NCBI GenBank assembly: GCA_041743505.1
Contig: JBGTMQ010000003.1
Span: forward strand, 25,148 to 89,147
Direction of reading: 5' to 3'
Length of the DNA stretch: 64,000 bases
DNA from: Candidatus Saccharimonadia bacterium
Lineage (GTDB): Bacteria; Patescibacteriota; Saccharimonadia; UBA4664
The notes beneath the pieces were generated by a model. That model saw only the letters and a program-made list of their open reading frames with translations. It was not told where the DNA came from and did no database searches. Position numbers and translations under genes: made by a program. Shown here one piece after another: positions 38,837 through 48,070 of the stretch; positions within the stretch are counted from its first letter, which is position 1, and each line of letters begins with the position of its first letter.

Positions 38837-39742
38837 CTACTGGACGCTGGCCTCCGTATCGGTAATCTCTTGCGAATCAAGCGATTTCGATAGCGCGTTA
38901 TATTCATCCACGCCCTGCCTGTACTGCTCAATCCGGCTATTAATAGTATCCACCAAACTATTCTGGCGAGGCACCAGCGCATTGTATTGCTCAACCCTGC
39001 CAGCAGAACGGTAACTATCTAATTGACGGTTTACAACGGCCAGCTGCGCCTTATAGCCACGGATCGCCGCTAGTTCACTCTCTAGTTCCTGTCGCCGCGA
39101 GTTAAACACTCCCTCATACCGCGCATGAGCCGCCACAATCGTACTCCGGTTCTCAAAATACCGGGCATAATACTGCTCCAATTCAGGCGTTAGCCGGGCT
39201 TCCTCTGTCGCCAAAATCGAATGAAGCTCGTTCGCCTCCTGCCCCGGCTCAGTCTTTGCATAGCCAGCCATACGTTGCCTAAGCTCGGCATCTGCCTGAG
39301 CCTGGTATACCTGATCAAGCTGAGCCGCTAACCGCTCACGGTCTTTCTGACCCAACCGCGCCCACGCAGCATGCAGCAATTCGTGAGCGGTTACTACATC
39401 CATCTCCGGCGCCAAGCTGGGATTTGAAATCTCCAAAACATAAATTCGCTCACGATAATAGCAACCCAACTCCAACTCACCCTTGCTCGTCTGGCAGTCG
39501 CGGTTAAAAGTCGCCTTGTCGTCAATCTTCGGCTGAGCCCGGTACAGAATCGCCCGGGCCTTGTCAGTCAAACTCAGCCGCGACTCAATTGCGCCAACCG
39601 CCGGGTCCGGTTTAAAGGTCGCTAGTGCATACTGATCCAGCAAGAACTGATAATTAAGCACCCCCACCACCAAAACAAGCAGCAATCCAAGCTCGAGCGA
39701 CCGGCGTATTGTAAACGGCTGACGTTGCATATTACCGTTCAC
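38837..39742 (-). CDS. Membrane-anchored zincin-like protein with C-terminal coiled coil
   Basis: N-terminal TM, LGCY, AHELLHAAW (HExxH), NELHS. Confidence 0.75.
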   Translation of the reverse strand: MNGNMQRQPFTIRRSLELGLLLVLVVGVLNYQFLLDQYALATFKPDPAVGAIESRLSLTDKARAILYRAQPKIDDKATFNRDCQTSKGELELGCYYRERIYVLEISNPSLAPEMDVVTAHELLHAAWARLGQKDRERLAAQLDQVYQAQADAELRQRMAGYAKTEPGQEANELHSILATEEARLTPELEQYYARYFENRSTIVAAHARYEGVFNSRRQELESELAAIRGYKAQLAVVNRQLDSYRSAGRVEQYNALVPRQNSLVDTINSRIEQYRQGVDEYNALSKSLDSQEITDTEASVQ

Positions 39743-39870
39743 TTTACCGCCTGCAACCGCAGAAAGCCACCTGTATCATGGTGCTCATGCTTGCATTATT
39801 GCTAGGTGGGTGTACGATGATGCATTCGTCAAACGAGGCTGTCCGAACCCCCTTTTGTCCGAACCCCTAT

Positions 39871-40566
39871 ATGGAACCACATCGTTATCTATCCTCATAC
39901 CTGGCCACTCCCGACTCTACTAACGGCCCGGCAAAGAAACTGACTCTGCATAAACCCGACCTACGGCGCTACAAGCTCGGGCCTCGGTTCTATGTGCTTT
40001 GGCAGCTCCGACCACACCTGCCCAGCCGCAACTGGGCTGCCCTCAGCCTCTGGGCTGTTCTATTAGTAGTCGGCTTGTACGGCTTCGAAAATCATAGGCT
40101 CCCCAGAGTGCCAGCCGACGTCGCAGCCGCCGACGGCCGGGCCCAACAAACACCGTCCGCCTCTCCGGTCGCTCTAGCCAGCACCGCCAAGGTCACAGAG
40201 CTGCCCGGCGGGCCCACGGACCAGCTCCTGCCACCCGGCACCATGGCCCCCATGCACACCTACAAAAACAGCTACAGCCGCGGCCAATGCACCTGGTATG
40301 TCGCCGGCCGGCGACCGGTACCCAATAACTGGGGCCACGCCCGAACCTGGTTTGCTCGCGCCAAAGCCGCCGGCCGGGCCACCGGCGCCGTACCAGCTGT
40401 TGCTGCCATCGCCTGGACACCCGCCGGGCGGTATGGCCACGTCGCCATCGTCGAAGACGTCAATACCTTCACCGGACAGGTCTTGATCTCCGAAATGAAT
40501 TACCGCGGCCCCTACAAGCTCACCAAGCGGTGGGTGCCCACCGGCAGCTTCAAATACATATATTAA
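39871..40566 (+). CDS. CHAP-domain cell wall amidase/peptidase with TM anchor
   Basis: YSRGQCTWYV, WGHA, GRYGHVAIVE, ISEMNY; start uncertain (39778-39871). Confidence 0.9.
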   Translation: MEPHRYLSSYLATPDSTNGPAKKLTLHKPDLRRYKLGPRFYVLWQLRPHLPSRNWAALSLWAVLLVVGLYGFENHRLPRVPADVAAADGRAQQTPSASPVALASTAKVTELPGGPTDQLLPPGTMAPMHTYKNSYSRGQCTWYVAGRRPVPNNWGHARTWFARAKAAGRATGAVPAVAAIAWTPAGRYGHVAIVEDVNTFTGQVLISEMNYRGPYKLTKRWVPTGSFKYIY

Positions 40567-40605
40567 TTCAACATCCCCCGTGAGTAACCAGCCGTAGCGT
40601 ATAAT

Positions 40606-42006
40606 TTGCTTATGATTAACCGTCTCCATCCCAAACACTGGCGGCCCGAGCTAATCCTAATCATTGGCCTGGCCATCATTACCCGCCTCTGGTCGGTCAT
40701 GCACCCCAAAGCCGTTGTTTTCGATGAAGTCTACTTCAAAGTTTTCGCCGGCCATTACTTGGACGGACAATACTTCTTTGATATACACCCGCCGCTCGGC
40801 AAGCTACTCCTGGCCGGTTGGTCCTTCCTGGCAGGGATACCTGCCACCGAGCTCGCCGACGGTACAGCCGTAGCATTACGCTTCTTGCCGGCCATCGCCG
40901 GCGTCCTCATCATTCCTGTCTTTTGGGGCATCTTGCGGCGACTCGGCGCCTCCCGGGCCTTCGCCTTCCTGGGTGCAGCCGCCCTCTTGCTCGACAATGC
41001 TCTGCTCGTCGAATCACGCTTTATCCTTACCGACTCCATGCTACTGCTATTCGGTCTTTCGTCACTCTACGCCTATCTGGCAGCCCGCCAGCAAACCGGC
41101 TCCTGGCGATGGGTCTGGCTGAGTCTAGCCGCCCTCATGGCCGGCGCCGCCGTCAGCACCAAGTGGACCGGCCTGACAGCATTAGCACTCATTGGGCTTT
41201 TCTGGATCTACGATCAATTCCGCCGGCCCCTTAATTGGCGCCGTATTATCAGTGAGCTAGCCATCCTGGTATTCATACCGTTACTCATATATGTCGGCTC
41301 GTTCTGGGCCCACTTTGCCTTGCTTCCCCACTCCGGCGATGGCGACGCCTTCATGTCCAGCCGTTTCCAGCAAACTCTCGCCGGCAGCTCTACATATAAC
41401 CCCGGCACCCACCTTAGTTTCTGGGATAAATTTTCCGAACTCAACCAAGTAATGTACCGGTCCAACCAAACCCTCACCGCCACCCACCCGTACGGCTCGT
41501 CCTGGAATACCTGGCCGCTTGAGCTCCGCCCCATCTATTATTGGCAGGGCCCCGCCACCACCGATGGCAAGCAAGCTAATATCTACCTACTCGGCAACCC
41601 TGTCGTCTGGTGGGGCACACTTCTGGCCATCCTGTCCGGCCTGGTCTATGTCTGGACAACCCGCATCAAACTCCGCCCCGCCACCAAGCTCGCTCTCGTC
41701 GTCGCCGGCGGCGCCTACCTCATGAATTTCCTACCGTTCGTCGGCGTTCCCCGCGTCATGTTCCTCTACCACTACTTCTTCTCATTTATCTTTAGTGTCA
41801 TCTTTGCCGTCATGCTCTGGAACGACCTCACTACCTCCCGGTCTGATCCCCAAAAACAACTCGCCACATCCACAAGCCGGCGTATCTACGGAGCCGTACT
41901 TATGGCCATCCTGCTCGGGTTCGTCTACTTCGCACCCCTGTCCTATGGCATCCCCATGAACCCACATCAGCTACAAATGCACATGTGGCTCCCCAGCTGG
42001 CGCTAA
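40606..42006 (+). CDS. Protein O-mannosyltransferase (PMT/GT39 family)
   Basis: VFDEVY, DIHPPLGK, SRFILTD, KWTG, HPYGS, GNPVVWW, RVMFLYHY. Confidence 0.92.
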   Translation: MLMINRLHPKHWRPELILIIGLAIITRLWSVMHPKAVVFDEVYFKVFAGHYLDGQYFFDIHPPLGKLLLAGWSFLAGIPATELADGTAVALRFLPAIAGVLIIPVFWGILRRLGASRAFAFLGAAALLLDNALLVESRFILTDSMLLLFGLSSLYAYLAARQQTGSWRWVWLSLAALMAGAAVSTKWTGLTALALIGLFWIYDQFRRPLNWRRIISELAILVFIPLLIYVGSFWAHFALLPHSGDGDAFMSSRFQQTLAGSSTYNPGTHLSFWDKFSELNQVMYRSNQTLTATHPYGSSWNTWPLELRPIYYWQGPATTDGKQANIYLLGNPVVWWGTLLAILSGLVYVWTTRIKLRPATKLALVVAGGAYLMNFLPFVGVPRVMFLYHYFFSFIFSVIFAVMLWNDLTTSRSDPQKQLATSTSRRIYGAVLMAILLGFVYFAPLSYGIPMNPHQLQMHMWLPSWR

Positions 42007-42052
42007 CTCACTTCTCCTTCTGCGCATTTTACATTTACAAAGCTATAAACTA

Positions 42053-42082
42053 TTGACAGATGACACATAAATATGCTATAAT
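42053..42082 (+). promoter_or_regulatory. Sigma70-type promoter
   Basis: TTGACA-N18-TATAAT with TGn extension. Confidence 0.75.
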
Positions 42083-42110
42083 TAACAGCTGACCTTTTTC
42101 GCTCCTCGAC

Positions 42111-42293
42111 ATGTTGAAAGGAATCGTCAGGCGACAGCATCCCCACTGGAGTATCGCGGCTGTTTTGACAGTCTTTTTTGTGCTCTTGAGCCTAGTCGTA
42201 ACCAGCCCAGCCCTTGCATTAATATTGCTTTGGCTAACGCCCCCTACTGAGCCAGCTCCGGTGTTCCCTGGCTGGTTAAAAGACTCGCAATAA
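42111..42293 (+). CDS. Small hydrophobic protein (60 aa)
   Basis: Just downstream of a strong promoter; long hydrophobic core; no clear RBS. Confidence 0.4.
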   Translation: MLKGIVRRQHPHWSIAAVLTVFFVLLSLVVTSPALALILLWLTPPTEPAPVFPGWLKDSQ

Positions 42294-42349
42294 TACCGTT
42301 TCATTTTATATTGCAACAGTCCAATCCCTACTCGCAGGAAGGCTCAATC

Positions 42350-42505
42350 ATGGGCCAGTATCGCAAGAAGCCCGGCGATGACGACCACTACCGTAAGTCT
42401 GACGAGAGCTGGCGCGCACCCATCGGAGGCTTTCGTGGTCACCCCGAACCGGCTAACCCAGCACCACATGACATTAAACTGGCTCATTATAATTTCACAT
42501 CCTAA
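42350..42505 (+). CDS. Small hydrophilic protein (51 aa)
   Basis: AGGAAGG RBS before ATG 42350; stop lies 10 nt before the next ATG. Confidence 0.4.
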   Translation: MGQYRKKPGDDDHYRKSDESWRAPIGGFRGHPEPANPAPHDIKLAHYNFTS

Positions 42506-42515
42506 GTGGGTACAA

Positions 42516-42905
42516 ATGGAAACTATCAATCAACTTAAGAATGAAGTATTCGCTACTGAGCAACCTTCACGAGAACTGCTGATTACTTATCTCAAGGCAT
42601 TAGTGGCGGAGGCAAGCAAACTACCTGTTCCCAAACGCGACTGGTTTGCGTACGAAATACTGCGGCCGTTTGTTGAATTAGGCATTACAGTAGAGAACGA
42701 CTCTGACCTTGATTACATCATTTTTCAGCTGGTTGGTGGTGAGCTTGATGTGAATACCGAGGAAGCTATCGCTATGAGTGGGACCCCAGCGGATCAAGCG
42801 CAACGCCGGGAGTCTAAAGCAAATACCTGGCGGGAGCTTATTGAGCAAGTCGAGCAGCTGGCAGACAACAGCTCACCCGTTCGCATTCTGCCCAAACAGG
42901 AATAA
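42516..42905 (+). CDS. Hypothetical acidic helical protein
   Basis: Start METINQ at 42516 within track ORF 42378-42905. Confidence 0.6.
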   Translation: METINQLKNEVFATEQPSRELLITYLKALVAEASKLPVPKRDWFAYEILRPFVELGITVENDSDLDYIIFQLVGGELDVNTEEAIAMSGTPADQAQRRESKANTWRELIEQVEQLADNSSPVRILPKQE

Positions 42906-42968
42906 ACCGCAGCATAGCAAAATGCACATCATTACAAAACCGCTCATGCTCCGTGATATCATACGTAC

Positions 42969-44552
42969 ATGACGGAAGAAGAACGCAACCAATTAGAAAC
43001 CGCCGCTCAAGGCTTTGCTCAGCAGATGGGCTTGCAATACTTCGATACCCGGCCCCCCATTGATATCAAACCCCTCGTCGGCAAACTGACCATCGAGGGC
43101 ATGCAGGCCTATGGTATCGTGCCGGTTGCCATCAACGGCACTACCCTCACACTCGGTACCAGCGAGCAAACCAACCGCAATCTCATGGAGCCCTTGCGTG
43201 CCCGCCTCGGCGCCAGCGGCTATACCGTAGCATATGTATTCATCTCGCAGTATGGCTGGCAACGGCTACTCAACCGGTTCTCCATTGCCTCCAACAGTGA
43301 CCTGCTCGAAAGCGGCAATTTCGAGGCCTTTAGCGAACAAGTCAATAATATCGAACCCAAGTTCATGTTCGAGCCCATCGCCCAAATGGCCTACCAGCTT
43401 GGCTCGTCCGACATCCACGTCGAGCCGGCCGAGCGTGATGCCCGCATCCGCTTCCGCATCGACGGCACGCTGCATCCGGTCATCACTCTCTCCAAGGAGC
43501 GCTACGACCTGTTCGCCTCCGACCTCCAGATTCGCGCCAACGTCAAATGGGGCGCCGACGAGCCCCAAGGCGGCCGCCTCGGCGTCCAGGTTATCAATGA
43601 CGACGGCGACATCGTACCGCTCAACATGCGCCTCGAAACCGTCCCCAGCCTGCACGGCCAAGATGTCGTCATCCGGTTGTTCAACCTCAGCGTCAAATTC
43701 CTTAGCCTCGACAACCTCCAGCTAACCCCCAAACAACGCGACCTGCTCGTCCGCGCCACCTCACACCCTCGCGGCATGGTCCTCACCGTCGGCCCCACCG
43801 GCTCCGGCAAAACCTCTACGCTCTATTCCATCATGAACCATCTCAACAACGACGAAATCAAAGTCGTCACCCTGGAAGACCCCGTCGAGTATGAGCTCGA
43901 AGGTATCTCCCAAATCCCAGTCAAGTCCGACAACGAGCAGTTATTCATCGAAAAACTTCGAGCCGTCCTCCGCGAAGACCCCAACATCGTCATGATCGGC
44001 GAAATCCGCGATGCCGACACCGCCAAAACCGCCCTTCAGGCCTCACTCACCGGCCATCTCGTGCTATCCACCTTCCACGCCAGCTCGTCCAGCGCCGCTA
44101 TCACGCGTCTTATGGACATGATCGGCCAAAACCCCCTACTAGCCTCTTCCATTCGCCTCATTATGGCTCAGCGCCTCGTCCGCAAGGTCTGCCAGGTCTG
44201 CAAGCAGGAATATAAGCCGGGCAAACAAGAGCTCCTCGAAATCAAAACCGCCTTCCACGGCCTGCCCGAAAAAGACCAGCCCGATTATGACAACGCCAAG
44301 CTCTACAAGGCCGTCGGTTGTGATGCCTGCCACCATTTTGGCTTCAGTGGCCGCATCAGCGTTATCGAGCAACTCGATATGACCGTCAAGATGCAAGAGC
44401 TGATCAGCCAAGGCACAAACGCCACAACCACGCAAGCCGTCGAGCAGGCCGCCATCCGGGAAGGTATGCAGACCCTCCTCCAAGATGGCATCCGCAAGGC
44501 CCTCGAGGGCAAAACCACCCTCGAAGAAATCTACGTCAACGTCGGCGAGTAG
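42969..44552 (+). CDS. pilB: PilB/GspE-family type IV pilus assembly ATPase
   Basis: SDIHVEP, RFRIDG, GPTGSGKT, EDPVEY, LREDPNIVMIGEIRD, TGHLVLSTFH, two CxxC pairs. Confidence 0.9.
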   Translation: MTEEERNQLETAAQGFAQQMGLQYFDTRPPIDIKPLVGKLTIEGMQAYGIVPVAINGTTLTLGTSEQTNRNLMEPLRARLGASGYTVAYVFISQYGWQRLLNRFSIASNSDLLESGNFEAFSEQVNNIEPKFMFEPIAQMAYQLGSSDIHVEPAERDARIRFRIDGTLHPVITLSKERYDLFASDLQIRANVKWGADEPQGGRLGVQVINDDGDIVPLNMRLETVPSLHGQDVVIRLFNLSVKFLSLDNLQLTPKQRDLLVRATSHPRGMVLTVGPTGSGKTSTLYSIMNHLNNDEIKVVTLEDPVEYELEGISQIPVKSDNEQLFIEKLRAVLREDPNIVMIGEIRDADTAKTALQASLTGHLVLSTFHASSSSAAITRLMDMIGQNPLLASSIRLIMAQRLVRKVCQVCKQEYKPGKQELLEIKTAFHGLPEKDQPDYDNAKLYKAVGCDACHHFGFSGRISVIEQLDMTVKMQELISQGTNATTTQAVEQAAIREGMQTLLQDGIRKALEGKTTLEEIYVNVGE

Positions 44553-44691
44553 CGCTCTTTTTGATGGCTCCCCGCTATCAACCTGGTTCTAAGCTCAGCC
44601 AGTACAACGCTAAATATTATCCGTATATCACAACATGGGGGGTATAAAGACTTCTTTATATGCCCTTCCCTAAAAAGATTTGGTTCCCCGG

Positions 44692-46329
44692 CTAGAATCC
44701 GGGCAATACCTTCCGTCCTTGCAACTCGGCTGGAATAGCATGCCATTGAGGCGAGCACCCGCTCACGATCAAAGTCGGCTGGGCCAGAGGCGCCACTGGC
44801 GAAGTCGCGCTACACTTGGCATGATCAAACCCGAGCCAATGCCCAATCTCATGATTAATCAACTCAGCCCGGTATTCCTCAAGGCTCCCCTTCCAATCCG
44901 CCGGAGCTTTGGCCCAATTCGACGCATTTATCACAACGTTATTGCCAACTTGGCAGGTCGACTGCTTCGCGCAAGCCGGCGCGAACCCGGCCATCTCGCT
45001 AGCTGATGCAACCCAGATAGTTACATTACAATTACTGCTTGAGGATAAGAATTTAAGACTACCCCCGAGCGTCCAGCCATGCGGATTATCCAGCGTTGCC
45101 TGAGCTTTCGTTGTTAACGAAGCAACATCCAAACCAGCCGCCCCCCGAACTGCAGAACAAAAGGAATAGGTTTTAGCAGCCGGTGGCAACGGCACAATGG
45201 TTCGAGCTGCTACATTGCGCCTCGTCGTCGCGGCAGTGTACACCAAAGGTTGCTTCGCTTGAATCGACGCGAGAATAGCAGCCTCAGCAGCCGGCCGGTC
45301 AAACCTCCCGGGAATTCCCGCCACATATGCCGCCACCTTACCGGGATCAGGCTGCGCACCACTTCCCGGCTCCCCAAACCGAAGCCATCCGGCAATAACC
45401 TCAGCCGACGGCGAAATGGTGGCCGTCCTGACTTTAACACTCAAACTCAAGCCAATCTTAGCTTGAGCATTCTCTGCGTCCGCCGCATACGAAGCCGCCG
45501 CAATAGCCGGCGTCAGCTTCGTCGCACTTATGGTCACCTTCTGGTGCCTCTTCAAGGCCGTCAGCAGGCCCTCGTTCAGCTTAGCCCGGTCAACTTGCAA
45601 GCCGGCTTTCTCGGCGATCACCACGGGTGTCGTACCCACAATTATGGGCGCCGCATCTACCGCCGGATGATTATTATCCGCCGCCAACCGGTCGGCCACT
45701 GTCCCCACCGTCCGCTCATCCACCTGGTATTGCGGCTGCAGCGGCTTCGACATCAATGTCTCAGCCACACCAAAAAGCGCAAAAGGATTAGTTCTACCCG
45801 CATCCCGAACCTGCTGAACTAACTCCGCCGCATTCGTTGTACCACCTAGTTCACTTGGCTTCATCGCATACTCCGTTGTACCGATAGTAAAACGAACAGT
45901 ATCAACCGGCAGTGCCTGTTTAATCGCCACGTCAACAGCATCCAGCGGCTGGCCACCCAGAGCGCGGTTAGCCACCTGAACACCAGGATAGACTCGATCC
46001 TGATAGTACGACCTCGCCAGGACGTTCCCAACCACCACTACGGCTATAAGCGCCAATCCAACTATCAGTGGCCACGGCAAGTATCGTCGGTGCCACCCGC
46101 TTACTGCCGGTTGTTCCACCGAACCTGGCTTTGCCGGAACAACCCGTGGCCCGGCAATACCAGCCGCCCGGGACACCAGATCCGCCACCGGCTTTCGCAC
46201 AGGTGTCGGCAACAGCGCCGGCTGGCCTTCCGGCTCAGCAGCCGAATCAGCTATGATCTCACCGCACTGCAGACAAAACAATTGACCCTTAACGGGCAAC
46301 AATCTTGCGTGACAGGTTGGGCAATTCAT
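44692..46329 (-). CDS. Zinc-ribbon + TM + peptidoglycan-binding + DUF3152-like zincin protein
   Basis: CPTC..CLQC N-terminus, TM, VYPGVQV PG-binding-like region, TLDNPHGW, INHEIGHWLGFDH. Confidence 0.75.
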   Translation of the reverse strand: MNCPTCHARLLPVKGQLFCLQCGEIIADSAAEPEGQPALLPTPVRKPVADLVSRAAGIAGPRVVPAKPGSVEQPAVSGWHRRYLPWPLIVGLALIAVVVVGNVLARSYYQDRVYPGVQVANRALGGQPLDAVDVAIKQALPVDTVRFTIGTTEYAMKPSELGGTTNAAELVQQVRDAGRTNPFALFGVAETLMSKPLQPQYQVDERTVGTVADRLAADNNHPAVDAAPIIVGTTPVVIAEKAGLQVDRAKLNEGLLTALKRHQKVTISATKLTPAIAAASYAADAENAQAKIGLSLSVKVRTATISPSAEVIAGWLRFGEPGSGAQPDPGKVAAYVAGIPGRFDRPAAEAAILASIQAKQPLVYTAATTRRNVAARTIVPLPPAAKTYSFCSAVRGAAGLDVASLTTKAQATLDNPHGWTLGGSLKFLSSSSNCNVTIWVASASEMAGFAPACAKQSTCQVGNNVVINASNWAKAPADWKGSLEEYRAELINHEIGHWLGFDHAKCSATSPVAPLAQPTLIVSGCSPQWHAIPAELQGRKVLPGF

Positions 46330-46415
46330 CTTTAAATCAAGCCGCTTACATCTCTAATTTTAGCACAAGCGGAATAATTCGCGTATTGTTACTTGAGATG
46401 TTGTGAGGATTACAA

Positions 46416-48053
46416 CTACTTCAAAGTTCGCATGAGCTCGTACAGCCGGCCCTCATAAGCCTTGAGCCTAATCTCACCCTGGTCATGAGGCTGTCCATCC
46501 CCCTCAATGAGATGAGTACCCGCAATCCAAATGCCAATCTCCCGCAAGCTAATTCGTTGTTCAGTATTGGCAAAATTCAGCATCACATAGCATTTACCCC
46601 ATGGTGCCTCGCGAATAAAGACAAATACATCCGGATTACCGCCGGCAATCGATCGGTACGCGCCATCTGCCAGCGGCTCACACGCAGCGCGCAAATGTAT
46701 CAAGTGCCGGTACAAAGCCAACATTGACTCTGGTTGACGTTCCTCCAACTCCACATTGTGCATCGCGTAATCCGGCGATAACGGCAACCATGGACTCCCT
46801 TCACTAAAACCTCCGTTATATCCGCCGCTCCATGGCATCGGTGTACGGGATACATCACGTTTCAGAAGCGGTCCCTGTAGCTTACGCAAGCTAATATCAC
46901 GTTCATTTGTTGTAGAAATTACACCATTTTCCAGCCCGAGTTCTTCCCCGGCATACACCACTGGCAAACCTCGCAAAGTCATTTGCAAAAATGCCAACAA
47001 CCGGGCCCGTTTCTGTCCGCGCCGGGTCGCTATGCGCTGCTTATCATGATTACCCAATACATAGTTCGGCCAGTCATTCGGGCCAAGGCTGCCTTCATAC
47101 TCATCGATAAATTGACGGTATACTTCCGCGCTCCAGTCGAGGGTTATCAAATTGAAGTTGAATGGCGCATGAATCGGATGTCTCTCGCAAGCCCCATAAA
47201 GCTCTTTCAAGCCACTGATATTAAGGTAGGCTTCCGACAGCAAAAACGTGTCTTCCTTCTCGGCCAGCACATCACAAAACGAACCAACCAGGCCACCCAG
47301 CCCTCCCTGCACATTGCTATAAATTCGCAAATTGGCCAATGACGGCAGTGAGGTGGCCGGATCAAAATCAGGGTTTGGTGGGTCATTACGCAGAGCCTGA
47401 TCCTTAATCAAAGCCGTCACCGCATCTGTTCTAAATCCATCAACACCCCGTCGCAGCCAAAACCTTAAAACTTCCAGCATGGCAGCCCGGACCTCCGGAT
47501 TTCGCCAGTTCAAATCCGGCTGATCAGCCAGGAAAGTATGCAAATAATACTGACCCGTAGCATCATCCAGCGTCCACATCGGTCCGCCAAACCGGGACAG
47601 CCAGTTGTTCGGCATACTACCGTCCGGCTTAGGATCAGCCCAAATATACCAATCACGCTTTGGGTTGCCGCGGCTTTTGCGCGCCTCCACAAACCATGAG
47701 TGCTTGCTAGAGGTATGATTGGGCACGTAGTCGAGCAATAACCTCATACCCCGCTTGTGAACCTCACGCAACAACACATCAAAATCAGCCATCGTCCCAA
47801 ATAACGGGTCAATCGCACAGTGATCAATGATGTCATAGCCCCAGTCAGCCAGGCCTGAGCGATAAATCGGTGACAGCCAAATCGCTCCCACCCCTAGTGA
47901 TCCAGCCGTACCATCATTCAAATAATCCAGGCGCTCAATAATACCGCGCAAATCACCATACCCATCGCCGTTCGAATCGGCCCAGCTCAACGGATAAATT
48001 TGATACAACACCGCCTTGCGGTACCACGGGTCGTGACGCTTAGGATTAACCAT
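46416..48053 (-). CDS. GH13 alpha-glucosidase / oligo-1,6-glucosidase
   Basis: YQIYP, DSNGDGYGDL, DYVPNHTS, QPDLNW, GVDGFRTDA, NHD. Confidence 0.92.
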   Translation of the reverse strand: MVNPKRHDPWYRKAVLYQIYPLSWADSNGDGYGDLRGIIERLDYLNDGTAGSLGVGAIWLSPIYRSGLADWGYDIIDHCAIDPLFGTMADFDVLLREVHKRGMRLLLDYVPNHTSSKHSWFVEARKSRGNPKRDWYIWADPKPDGSMPNNWLSRFGGPMWTLDDATGQYYLHTFLADQPDLNWRNPEVRAAMLEVLRFWLRRGVDGFRTDAVTALIKDQALRNDPPNPDFDPATSLPSLANLRIYSNVQGGLGGLVGSFCDVLAEKEDTFLLSEAYLNISGLKELYGACERHPIHAPFNFNLITLDWSAEVYRQFIDEYEGSLGPNDWPNYVLGNHDKQRIATRRGQKRARLLAFLQMTLRGLPVVYAGEELGLENGVISTTNERDISLRKLQGPLLKRDVSRTPMPWSGGYNGGFSEGSPWLPLSPDYAMHNVELEERQPESMLALYRHLIHLRAACEPLADGAYRSIAGGNPDVFVFIREAPWGKCYVMLNFANTEQRISLREIGIWIAGTHLIEGDGQPHDQGEIRLKAYEGRLYELMRTLK

Positions 48054-48070
48054 AAGCTTAGTTTATCAGA

